Both the position numbers and the translations under genes were made by a program. A model generated the notes under the pieces. That model was not told the origin of the DNA. It saw only the letters and a list, made by a program, of their open reading frames with translations, and searched no databases. Shown here piece after piece: positions 54,505 to 63,060 of a stretch of 64,000 bases of DNA. The first letter of the stretch is position 1. Each line of letters opens with the position of its first letter. Origin of the DNA: an uncultured bacterium (lineage in GTDB: Bacteria > Verrucomicrobiota > Verrucomicrobiia > Limisphaerales > UBA8199); the NCBI GenBank assembly GCA_963749495.1, contig CAVVMW010000021.1:448001-512000 (forward strand), written 5' to 3'.

Positions 54505-55245
54505 TCAGGCGGGCCACGGGCCGTGGTAGGTGGCCGTCTTGAAGGGGATGTAGTGCAGTTTGCCGTGCCGCAGTTCGAGGTCGCGGATGGCGCGGGGTTT
54601 GGCAGGGACAAGCCCAAGCCGTTGGTATAATTTCTTGATGCGAGCGGGTTCGCTGTTCAGGTACTGGGGCGGCAACCATTGTTTCTTCCAGCAGAAATGG
54701 CAGAGCTTCGCCATGGCCAGGTCGCTAAACACGCAAAGGCTGCGGATGGCCCATTGCGGGCCGGGCGGCTCTTGAATCCAATTGCGGATGAGAAACTCGG
54801 CTTGTTGCCAGGCGGAGTTTTTCCGTCGCGGCTCCCGTTGGTCGTAAAGCGCAAGCAGTTTGCGCAGGTGCTTGGCCAGCCCGGCGTCGTCCTGAACGCG
54901 GCTGGCGAGGGCGGAGACGGTTTCCCGAAGGGTGGGTTTGCCCAAGCGTCTGCGGAATTGCTGGTAGGTTTCCGGGTCGCCCGCGAAACTTGGAATATGG
55001 CGCCGCACTCTCCACGCCGCTACAGCGGCCCTGGCCGCCTCGACCTTGGGCAGATTCGCGGGAGGGGCAGTGCGTCCCACAACGTAGCGCCAAAGTTCGG
55101 GCGGGTCGCTTCGGTTCAAGCCGAGGTTACTGGCGTGGGAGCCCTGGATAATTCTCTTGCCCGCGTCCAGGCGGGAGAGTGCTATGCGCGGCCACTGACT
55201 TTGAAGCTTGGCCGTGTTGTATTGAATGACTATGTGGCGGCTCAT
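54505..55245 (-). CDS. Hypothetical protein coupled to the integrase
   Basis: 246 aa; ATGA overlap with the integrase stop. Confidence 0.65.
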   Translation of the reverse strand: MSRHIVIQYNTAKLQSQWPRIALSRLDAGKRIIQGSHASNLGLNRSDPPELWRYVVGRTAPPANLPKVEAARAAVAAWRVRRHIPSFAGDPETYQQFRRRLGKPTLRETVSALASRVQDDAGLAKHLRKLLALYDQREPRRKNSAWQQAEFLIRNWIQEPPGPQWAIRSLCVFSDLAMAKLCHFCWKKQWLPPQYLNSEPARIKKLYQRLGLVPAKPRAIRDLELRHGKLHYIPFKTATYHGPWPA

Positions 55246-56402
55246 GCTTTGGTCACGTCCGGCAGCTTGTCGAGCGCGGCGCGTTTGGTCTCTGCGTCAA
55301 TGTGGGTGTAGTTGCGGCTCACGGCCTCGCTCTCATGGCCAACGATGTCACGGGTCACCACGTCACTCACGCCCGCGTTTTTTAGCAGGCTCGTGGCCGT
55401 GTGGCGCAGCGCGTGGAACGAGATGTCGCTCAACTGGCGCCGTGCCCCCCTGCCCTGCTTGCCGTCCTTCTTCTGGTGGTCGCCACGGGACTGCACCAAA
55501 CCCGCGGACGCCATAAGCTCGTAAAACTGGTTCGACAGCCAGCTTACGGTCTTGCCTTGGAAGGCGGGACAGAGCGGCGCTTTCGGATCGTCGCCGGCTG
55601 GGAGAGTTTCGATATGAGCCAGTAGCGGCCTGGCCAGCGGAAGGATCTGAACCCGCCCGGTCTTCTGCGTGCGGATCGTCAACTCCTTGGCCTGCAAGTC
55701 CAGGTTCGCCCAGGTCAATGCCTGGATGTCGCCTAGGCGCAGGCCGGTGTAAATGCCGGTCATCACGGCGGTTTTCCAGTCATCGCCGCAGACAGCCAGC
55801 AGCTTCCTCAACTCGGGCAGGGTGAACGCGCGGCGCTCGTGGCGGTCGCTCGTGTCCAGGTTGTCAACAAGGCGGGCGGGGTTGCGGTCAAAGATGCCTT
55901 GTTTGACGGCCCTTTCCAGACCGACACGGATCACCTTCAAATGCGTGTTCACCGTCGACGGGGCGACAAGGTCTTGCAGATGGTCCCGGTATCGCTCCAC
56001 GTCATCGGCTTTGAGCGCGGCCAGGTTGGTCCCAGCCTTCGCCCCCAGGAAGCCAAGGAAGCTCTCGGTGATCCCCTGGTAGCGGACAAACGTGCCTTCG
56101 GACTGCTCGGACTCGAAGGCTTTCAGCCAGGACGTGAAATGCTCGCGCACGGTCTTGCGCTCCACAGGGGCGCCGGACTCGGCCATGATTTCGCCGACGA
56201 CCCGCTCGATCACGCGCCGGGCCTTTTCTTCGGTGATGTTGCCCGTCCGGGCCAGGTCCTCGATGCTCTGGACCTTGGCACAGACGCGCTCCGCTTCTCG
56301 CTTGTTGCGGGTGAGGGTGGATTTGCAGCGCCGCGCTCCGTTGCGGTCGGTGTAAAAGCAAATCCAATTGGGCTTGCCGGGGAGTCTGTGAACGCTTGCC
56401 AT
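55242..56402 (-). CDS. Tyrosine recombinase/integrase
   Basis: YTGLRLGD (R), QKT (K), FHALRH (HxxR), VGH, NYTH (Y); start at MASVHR. Confidence 0.95.
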   Translation of the reverse strand: MASVHRLPGKPNWICFYTDRNGARRCKSTLTRNKREAERVCAKVQSIEDLARTGNITEEKARRVIERVVGEIMAESGAPVERKTVREHFTSWLKAFESEQSEGTFVRYQGITESFLGFLGAKAGTNLAALKADDVERYRDHLQDLVAPSTVNTHLKVIRVGLERAVKQGIFDRNPARLVDNLDTSDRHERRAFTLPELRKLLAVCGDDWKTAVMTGIYTGLRLGDIQALTWANLDLQAKELTIRTQKTGRVQILPLARPLLAHIETLPAGDDPKAPLCPAFQGKTVSWLSNQFYELMASAGLVQSRGDHQKKDGKQGRGARRQLSDISFHALRHTATSLLKNAGVSDVVTRDIVGHESEAVSRNYTHIDAETKRAALDKLPDVTKA

Positions 56403-56405
56403 AGT

Positions 56406-56441
56406 GGTATAACCATAGCGTATAACGTTCAAAGTTGTCAA
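56406..56441 (-). promoter_or_regulatory. Integrase promoter overlapped by right-end arm-type repeats
   Basis: Minus strand TTGACA-18 nt-TATGGT; plus strand GGTATAAC 56406-56413 and CGTATAAC 56419-56426. Confidence 0.55.
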
Positions 56442-56500
56442 GCCTGTTCATATTAGGCCATTTTTCAGGGGTATTTGCGTTTCTGGCCGGGCACAATCGC

Positions 56501-56531
56501 CACGTGGGTTCGATTCCCATCACCCGCTCCA
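56501..56531 (+). repeat. att copy 2 (tRNA-Gly 3' end, exact)
   Basis: 31/31 identical to 46183-46213. Confidence 0.95.
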
Positions 56532-56554
56532 CCAGCATCGCATGATGCGGAAGC

Positions 56555-56758
56555 ATGAGCACGAGCGCGCAAGAGGTCATTGAACGGTTCAAGGCACTGC
56601 CGCCGCAAGACCGGGCCGAGGTGGCCAAGTTCATCGCGGAGCATGACGATTCCTGGGTGCCGGAGTCCTTCAAGGAAGGCATGAAGGCGGCAGCGGAAGG
56701 CCGGTTCGTGGACATGGAGACGGCCTTGTTTGAAACGCCGCCGCCGCACCTGCGATGA
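56555..56758 (+). CDS. Antitoxin, TA unit 2
   Basis: MSTSAQEVIERFKALP...AAAEGRFVDME. Confidence 0.8.
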   Translation: MSTSAQEVIERFKALPPQDRAEVAKFIAEHDDSWVPESFKEGMKAAAEGRFVDMETALFETPPPHLR

Positions 56759-57030
56759 GCTACCGCTACCGGGCGACCGAGCCGTTCTGGACGCACTTTT
56801 ACCCTCTCAAGCCCGCCCAAAAGGAAGCGGCACGCCGGGCATGGCAGATTTTCAAGGTTGATCCGTTCGATCCACGTTTGCGCCCGCACAAGATTCATCG
56901 TCTGTCGGCCCTCCATGGCCGGACAATTCATGCCGTCGATATTGAAGGGGATTTGCGCTGCGTCTTCTACGTCCAGGATGATTGGGTCGTCTCGGTCAAC
57001 ATCGGCGCCCACGACGTTTACCGCGGGTAA
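56755..57030 (+). CDS. RelE/YafQ-like toxin, TA unit 2
   Basis: Paralogue of 46640..46915; ends IGAHDVYRG. Confidence 0.82.
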   Translation: MSYRYRATEPFWTHFYPLKPAQKEAARRAWQIFKVDPFDPRLRPHKIHRLSALHGRTIHAVDIEGDLRCVFYVQDDWVVSVNIGAHDVYRG

Positions 57031-57161
57031 GCGGTGCGCCCCACCCACCGCCCCCTCCTTCCGAACTCCCCTCCCGCCCGCCCCGGAATGCCTGCCAGGG
57101 CCATTTGCGCCCCAAGAACACGGTGGAAGCCTCGGGAGTGTCAGGACAGCGGATACTCGAA

Positions 57162-57190
57162 ACGTGGCTCGATTCCCATCACCCGCTCCA
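57162..57190 (+). repeat. att copy 3 (degenerate tRNA-Gly 3' end)
   Basis: ACGTGGCTCGATTCCCATCACCCGCTCCA. Confidence 0.85.
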
Positions 57191-57197
57191 AGTTCTG

Positions 57198-57418
57198 CTC
57201 ATCGCGTAGCGATGATCCGACGGTAGCCGTGCGGCTTCAGCCGACGGGAAGGCGGTTTGGGCGGACAGGTTGCGTCGCGTAGCGACGCATGAGCTACCCA
57301 CCCCCTCGGGGCAGCAGGCCGGTTCAGGCGTCGCTACGCGACCCCATGTCTTTTGCGGCACCTCGACCGGGGGCTAAAGCCGCCCGGCTACCATCAGGAC
57401 ACCGCTCCGCGGTGAACA
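57198..57418. repeat. REP-like family B copy 2
   Basis: Ends are the near reverse complement of 62642-62861. Confidence 0.8.
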
Positions 57419-57471
57419 AGGACGTCCCGTGCGAAGAATTTGGTCTCACGCCCAAGGGCCTCGGGAATGTG

Positions 57472-57520
57472 TTGACCTGCCGTTGCCGGCGCTTTAGTTT
57501 AGAAGTGCATCGCATGATGC
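57472..57520 (+). promoter_or_regulatory. TA3 promoter and operator
   Basis: TTGACC-17 nt-TAGTTT, GCATCGCATGATGC; nearly identical to 46340-46388. Confidence 0.7.
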
Positions 57521-57526
57521 GGAAGC

Positions 57527-57739
57527 ATGAGCACGAGCGCGCAAGAAGTTATCGAGCGGTTCAAGGCGTTGCCGCCGCAAGACCGGGCCGACGTGGCCAG
57601 GTTCATCGCGGAGCATGACGATTCCTGGGTGCCAGAGTCCTTCAAGCGCGGGATGGCCGATGCGGAAGCGGGGCGTTTTGCGGAAATGGAAACAGTTCTG
57701 AGCGGCGCCCCTCCGCCGTTGCGCCGCCGGGCCAAATGA
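57527..57739 (+). CDS. Antitoxin, TA unit 3
   Basis: MSTSAQEVIERFKALP...ADAEAGRFAEME. Confidence 0.8.
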   Translation: MSTSAQEVIERFKALPPQDRADVARFIAEHDDSWVPESFKRGMADAEAGRFAEMETVLSGAPPPLRRRAK

Positions 57740-58011
57740 GTTATCGGTTCAAGCCGACCGAGGGTTTCTGGGAAAGTTTCTACGATTTGACGGCCCGCCA
57801 AAAGGACTCGGCGCGCCGCGCTTGGAAGATTTTCAAAAAGAATCCCTTTGACCCGCGCCTTCGTCCCCACAAAATCCACAGGCTCTCCGCGTATTATGGA
57901 CGGACTATCTACGCGGCGGACGTGGAGGGTGACTTGCGCGTTGTGTTCTACGTCGATCACGATTGCGTAGTGACGGTGGACATTGGGACTCACGATGTTT
58001 ACCGCGCGTGA
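57736..58011 (+). CDS. RelE/YafQ-like toxin, TA unit 3
   Basis: Paralogue; ends IGTHDVYRA. Confidence 0.82.
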   Translation: MSYRFKPTEGFWESFYDLTARQKDSARRAWKIFKKNPFDPRLRPHKIHRLSAYYGRTIYAADVEGDLRVVFYVDHDCVVTVDIGTHDVYRA

Positions 58012-58131
58012 GCAGTGTGTCGCCCCCACCGCCCCTCCCTGTCTCCGAACCCCCTCCTGCCCGCCGGAATGCCTGCCATGGCCATTTGCGCTACGCCGGG
58101 CGGGCGTGTAGCCTCGGGGGCGTATCAAGGT

Positions 58132-58154
58132 TTCGATTCCCATGACCCGCTCCA
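58132..58154 (+). repeat. att copy 4 (degenerate tRNA-Gly 3' end)
   Basis: TTCGATTCCCATGACCCGCTCCA; one mismatch to the tRNA over 23 nt. Confidence 0.8.
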
Positions 58155-58318
58155 TTTCAGTCATTGGGCGCTGTCTATCTCGGGCGAGTCCGTCCATTCG
58201 GTGCCGGCGGAGGCTCGAACCAATTCTCCACCTTCAAAGCGGCCACATGGTCAGCGTGGCGCACGTTTCGTGTGACGAGAATCAAATTGAGAGTGTTCGT
58301 GTCGAGGAGGTACACAGT

Positions 58319-58576
58319 TCAATCGAATTCCGGCGCGGGCGGTCCGAAATCCTGTCGGCTTGCGGCCTGGTCCTCTTCCAGGATCTTGAAAAACGGGTCG
58401 TCGTTTGGAATGCCGTCGGGATTGTAATAGGTTCCGTCCGGGAGGCGTTGAAGTTGGCACAGCAGAACCGTTTTCGGGCCGGGGGTGGGCTTGCCCAGTT
58501 CGGCCCAAATCATCTGCTGGTCCGCGGGGGGCAAACTTCTCACCAGTTCCAGGACCTTTTGTGCGATCGTGCTCAC
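58319..58576 (-). CDS. Orphan antitoxin-like protein
   Basis: GTG start; STIAQKVLELVRSLPPADQ resembles the STSAQEVIERFKALPPQDR N-terminus of the array antitoxins. Confidence 0.5.
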   Translation of the reverse strand: MSTIAQKVLELVRSLPPADQQMIWAELGKPTPGPKTVLLCQLQRLPDGTYYNPDGIPNDDPFFKILEEDQAASRQDFGPPAPEFD

Positions 58577-58651
58577 AGCCCCAAATTTAAGGGAACCAAA
58601 AGCCCAGGGCAATCCGGGATTTCCCCCAAATCCTCGGCTAGGAATTCTTAT

Positions 58652-58718
58652 GAACCGCGGAATACGCGGAATACGCGGAAAAGAAAGGGCATTCCGCGTA
58701 TTCCGCGTATTCGGCGGT
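58652..58718. repeat. Hairpin of GCGGAATAC repeats
   Basis: ACCGCGGAATACGCGGAATACGCGGAA ... TTCCGCGTATTCCGCGTATTCGGCGGT. Confidence 0.75.
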
Positions 58719-58992
58719 ATTAAATCTCGATTGGCATGAAACATGAGGCGGCCCCATTTTGCTGGTCGTCCGTGCCGCACCCAATCCTTAGGCGCGGTTC
58801 TGGGGCCGATGGTCGACCCTTTCAAGGGCTGGAACTGCGGGACCTGCAAGCGAACGTCCAGGAGGCCGTGCGTTGCCATTTCGAGCGGGAGCGGATGCCG
58901 CCGGAAATGCTGGAAGCATTTGTGGAGCATCTCTAAGAAGTGCCTGAGTTTCGGAGTTGATGCCCTCGTCGAGTTGGCTCATGCTTTGCGGC

Positions 58993-59811
58993 ATGAGTTG
59001 CTCGAAGGTCGCTGCACACACCGGCCTGATTGTGGTGGCCGGGCTCACGTCGTGCTTTCATATTGCCAGGGCCGCTGAACCATCCCCTCGAACCCCAACA
59101 ATCGCCTCCGCATTTGTCCGGGTGAGCCCGCGCGATCCGAGGTATTTCGAGCTTTCGGACGGAAGGCCTTACGTTCCAATTGGTTTGAATATGATCGCTC
59201 CGCCCGGCAACGAGGGACTTCCGGGCCTGGAGACCTGGATGGAGCAACTCCAGGCCAACGGCGGCAACTACATCCGGGTCTGGCTGAGCAACCCCTTCTT
59301 CGATGTCGAGCATGTGCGTTGTGGCGATTACGACGAAGCCAACGCCAAGCGCATCGAGGCACTCCTGGCCATCGCCGCCCGGCATGGTATTCGGGTCAAG
59401 ATCTGGCACTGGGATTATTATGTGGCCAGACAGAATCTCTGGTGGCATTTCGGCCGGTTCGCCGAGGCCATCAAAGACCTGGACCCCCCGGCGGAACAGT
59501 TCCAGCCCGAGATGCTGCCGCATCCGCGCTTGCGAGTTTATGCGTTGAAAGGCCAGCACACGGCACTGCTTTGGTGCCGCGATGTCGAGAACACCTGGCG
59601 CCGTGAATTGGGGGAAGGCAGAGCTCCTGATCCGGTCCAAGGCGCTGTTGTGGATGTCAGGCCATTGAACCTGGGCAATACCCCAGCGCGATTTTATGAT
59701 CCTTGGGAAAACCGCTGGACGAGCGCAGCCTCGGAGGGAGACCAATTGCGACTCCCGGCATTCAAACGTTCACTGGTCGTGCGGTTCGCGTTGGGGCCTG
59801 CAGAACCATGA
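58993..59811 (+). CDS. Glycoside-hydrolase-like (clan GH-A) protein, apparently internally deleted
   Basis: RYFELSDGRPYVPIGLN...GGNYIRVWL...GIRVKI is joined directly to WHWD...NLWWHF and a C-terminal beta domain. Confidence 0.5.
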   Translation: MSCSKVAAHTGLIVVAGLTSCFHIARAAEPSPRTPTIASAFVRVSPRDPRYFELSDGRPYVPIGLNMIAPPGNEGLPGLETWMEQLQANGGNYIRVWLSNPFFDVEHVRCGDYDEANAKRIEALLAIAARHGIRVKIWHWDYYVARQNLWWHFGRFAEAIKDLDPPAEQFQPEMLPHPRLRVYALKGQHTALLWCRDVENTWRRELGEGRAPDPVQGAVVDVRPLNLGNTPARFYDPWENRWTSAASEGDQLRLPAFKRSLVVRFALGPAEP

Positions 59812-59889
59812 GCAGATGAACACGATGTAATCCTCCTGCAGATCAGCCCAGGGCCGTGGACCTGGGTTTGCCGCGGAGGTCTTGTTCGG

Positions 59890-60005
59890 TTGCAGGCCAA
59901 GGCCCTGCCTCCTAGGGATGAAGCGCGCCTTCAGCGCTCCGGTTGGCTTTTCGTGGCTTTTCCCAGGGCTTTGCCCTGGGCTGGTATGAGCGACGCCTTT
60001 GGCGT
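59890..60005. repeat. REP-like half element (CCCAGGGCTTTGCCCTGGGCT)
   Basis: Short hairpins GCGCCTTCAGCGC, CCCAGGGC/GCCCTGGG, ACGCCTTTGGCGT. Confidence 0.65.
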
Positions 60006-60132
60006 CCAGAGCACGCACCGCCGGTTCCATCGTGCATCCGAAGAATTCTGCCGTGCGGCCCTTGCCCGGGGTTGCAGAATCCCCTATTGTCGCCGGAGAG
60101 TAGTTGAAGCATAGTTGAGGGATTTCTGCTCC

Positions 60133-60705
60133 ATGAAACAGACCGAAGTAGAGAATGCGAAACCGGCAACGGCGGGCCCGCCCGGGGCGGCAGAGCCTCT
60201 GGTGCCGCTGGAGGCCGGAACCGTGACCGCCGAGCAACTGGAGGGCTTGAAGGAGCGTGCGGCCAAGGCGGACGAGCATTGGGAGCGGCTGCTGCGCACG
60301 ACGGCGGATTTCGACAATTACAAGAAGCGGGCGGCGCGGGAGAGGCAGGAGGCGGCCCGCTACGCGAACCAGGAGTTGCTGCACAAGCTCATCGTGGTGG
60401 TGGACAACCTGGACGCGGCGCTGGCTGCGGCGCAGAGCGCGCCGGACAAGGCCGCGCAATCGCTGCAAACCGGGGTGAACATGATCCACCAGCAACTCCG
60501 CAAGGCCCTGGCCGATGCCGGCCTGGAGGAGGTCAACGCGCTGGGGCAGAAATTCGACCCGGCCCTGCACGAGGCCGTGGCCCAAAAGGAAACCACCGAT
60601 GCGCCCGAGGGCCAGGTCATCGAGCAACTGCGCAAAGGCTACCGCCTGCGCGAGCGCCTGCTCCGCCCCGCCACCGTCGTTGTGGCCAAGCAACCTGCCG
60701 CCTGA
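60133..60705 (+). CDS. grpE: Nucleotide exchange factor GrpE
   Basis: RTTADFDNYKKR, VVDNLD.AL, FDPALHEAV, KGYRLRERLLRPATVVV. Confidence 0.95.
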   Translation: MKQTEVENAKPATAGPPGAAEPLVPLEAGTVTAEQLEGLKERAAKADEHWERLLRTTADFDNYKKRAARERQEAARYANQELLHKLIVVVDNLDAALAAAQSAPDKAAQSLQTGVNMIHQQLRKALADAGLEEVNALGQKFDPALHEAVAQKETTDAPEGQVIEQLRKGYRLRERLLRPATVVVAKQPAA

Positions 60706-60708
60706 TCC

Positions 60709-61837
60709 ATGGCCAAACGCGATTATTACGAAGTCCTGGGCGTGGGCAAGGACGCGGGCGCGGACGAAATCAAAAAGGCCTACCGGAAGCTGGCCATCCA
60801 GTATCATCCGGACAAGAACCCGGGGGACAAGACGGCCGAGGAGAGGTTCAAGGAATTGGGCGAGGCCTACGAGATCCTCGAGCGACCCCCAGCAGCGGGC
60901 CGCATACGATCAATACGGCCATGCCGCCTTCGACCGGCGCGCCGGCGCTTATGCCCGCGCCGGGAGCTTTCACGACCCGTTCGAGATCTTTCGCGAGGTC
61001 TTCGGCGGCGGCAGCATTTTCGAGGAACTCTTCGGCGGGGGCGGCGGCAACCCGGCCCAGCCGCGCCGGGGCGACGACCTCCGTTACGACATGGAAATCT
61101 CGTTCGAGGAGGCGGTCCGCGGGGCCGAAAAGGAAATCGCGCTCACCAAGGCGGAGCGGTGCGCCGCCTGCCAGGGCACGGGCGCCGAGGCCGGGTCGCG
61201 GGTGCGGACCTGCCCCACGTGCGGCGGCCGCGGCCAGGTGGTCACGTCGAGGGGGATTTTCAGCATCGCCCAGGCCTGCCCGCATTGCCAGGGCGCCGGG
61301 CGGATCGTCGAGCGGCCCTGCAAGACCTGCCGGGGCACCGGCCGGCACGAGGCCACCGGCAAGATCACCCTGCGCATCCCCGCCGGGGTGGACACCGGCT
61401 CGCGCTTGCGCTCCTCTGGCAACGGCGAGGCCGGCTACCGTGGCGGGCCCCAGGGCAACCTCTATGTCATGCTGCACGTTCGTCCGCACGAGATCTTCCA
61501 GCGCAACGGCGACAACCTGCTGTGCGAGGTGCCCATCACGTTCATCCAGGCGGCCTTGGGCGCCGAGATCGAGGTGCCCACCCTCGACGGGAAACTGCCG
61601 GTCAAAGTTCCTCCTGGCACCCAGCCTGGCGCCATGTTCCGCCTCAAGGGCAAAGGCGTCAGAAACGTCCAGGGCTACGGCTACGGCAACCTGCACGTGC
61701 GCATCGCCTTGGAGGTGCCGGCTCATCTGAACGCAGCCCAAAAGGCCAAGCTCTTGGAATTTGCCGAAATGTGCAGCGGCAAGGAAACTCCCATCATCCA
61801 GGGCTTCTTCGAGAAGGCCAGGAAGCTGTTCCAATAA
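60709..61837 (+). CDS. dnaJ: Chaperone DnaJ; frameshift near 60885
   Basis: [12 protein letters not shown]...HPD J-domain in one frame; four CxxCxGxG repeats and the C-terminal domain in ORF 60515..61837. Confidence 0.93.
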
Positions 61838-61842
61838 GCGCC

Positions 61843-62622
61843 ATGCACCGTTTTTACCTGCCACCTGATCAACACCGGGGCGAGAGGTTGGTCCTGACCG
61901 AAGGAGAGGCGCGCCATGCGGCACAAGTCCTGCGCCTGGGCCGGGGCGACCAGGTGACAGTGCTGGACGGGGCCGGTCTGGAACTGCTGTGCGAGATCCG
62001 GGAAACGGCCGGCGAGAAGCTCGAGATGGCGGTCATCCAGAAGCGGCTTGTCCCTCCCCTGCCCTGCCGAGTCACCCTCCTCCAGGCCCTGCCCAAGGCT
62101 AGGCTCATCGAGTCGATCCTCCAAAAGGCAACCGAACTGGGCGCCGCTCGCTTCGTCCCCCTGCTCACCGAACGCGTGGTCGTCCAACTGGATGAGCGCG
62201 AAGCCGCCCGCAAGGCCGAGAAATGGCAGCGCGTCGCCATCGAGGCCATCAAACAGTGCGGTTCGGCCTGGCTCCCAAAGGTCGAGGCGCCCATGACACC
62301 CCGCCAATGGCTCGCCCGCCAGGAACCCATCGAACTGTCCCTGCTCGCCTCCCTCCAGCCGCACAGCCGCCATCCCCGAGAGCACTTCGAGGCCTTCCGC
62401 GCGACGCACCGGCGCCCGCCGCGCACTGCCTGCGTCTGGGTCGGCCCGGAAGGCGATTTCACTCGCGCCGAAACCGAGACCATCCAGGCCGCCGGCGCCT
62501 TGCCCATCACACTGGGCCCCCTGGTCCTGCGCACCGAGACCGCCGCTGTCTATTGCCTTTCGATCCTGAATTATGAACTCCAGGCGCCGCAGGGTGTGGA
62601 GAGTGAGGGGCGTGGAGCGTGA
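61843..62622 (+). CDS. rsmE: 16S rRNA m3U1498 methyltransferase
   Basis: [43 protein letters not shown]. Confidence 0.93.
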   Translation: MHRFYLPPDQHRGERLVLTEGEARHAAQVLRLGRGDQVTVLDGAGLELLCEIRETAGEKLEMAVIQKRLVPPLPCRVTLLQALPKARLIESILQKATELGAARFVPLLTERVVVQLDEREAARKAEKWQRVAIEAIKQCGSAWLPKVEAPMTPRQWLARQEPIELSLLASLQPHSRHPREHFEAFRATHRRPPRTACVWVGPEGDFTRAETETIQAAGALPITLGPLVLRTETAAVYCLSILNYELQAPQGVESEGRGA

Positions 62623-62641
62623 GGGGCGATTGGCAGGCCTC

Positions 62642-62861
62642 TGTTCACCGCGGAGCGGTGTCCTGATGGTAGCCGGGCGGCTTTAGCCCCCGGTCAAGGT
62701 CCCGGAGAAGTCCCGGCGTCGCGTAGCGACGCCTGAAACGGCCCTCGGCCCGAGGGCGTGGGCGGCTCAGGCGTCGCTACGCGACGCGACCCCTGTGGCT
62801 AAAACACCCTTCCGTGGGCTGAAGCCACACGGCTACCTTCGTATCATCGCTACGCGATGAG
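62642..62861. repeat. REP-like family B copy 3
   Basis: Same nested palindromes as 33778-33981 and 57198-57418. Confidence 0.8.
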
Positions 62862-63060
62862 CGCAGCCAGACCAGTGTCTAGCTCTCTAGAGCGATACAC
62901 GGCTACGGGCCTGTCCCAAACGCACATTTGGGAAGAGCCCGCGGCCCAAGCCGCCACGCCGATTCCCTGGGCGATTCAGGTGTTCCAGTCTGGCCAACCT
63001 CTTGGCCGGCCAATACCAGCATGCGCCTCGTCGCGGCCCGACGGGCCGCCAGAGCCTAGC

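Noticed and set aside
56460..56534. Second tRNA gene
   Set aside because: Only the T-arm and 3' acceptor strand are present; no D arm or anticodon arm
55242..58154. Integron (IntI plus attC cassettes)
   Set aside because: The delimiters are tRNA-derived direct repeats, not attC hairpins with GTT ends, and the integrase context is satellite-like
60709..62622. 637-aa J-domain-RsmE fusion, or programmed frameshift in dnaJ
   Set aside because: An artefact of one indel near 60885; rsmE has its own ATG at 61843, and indels are common across the window
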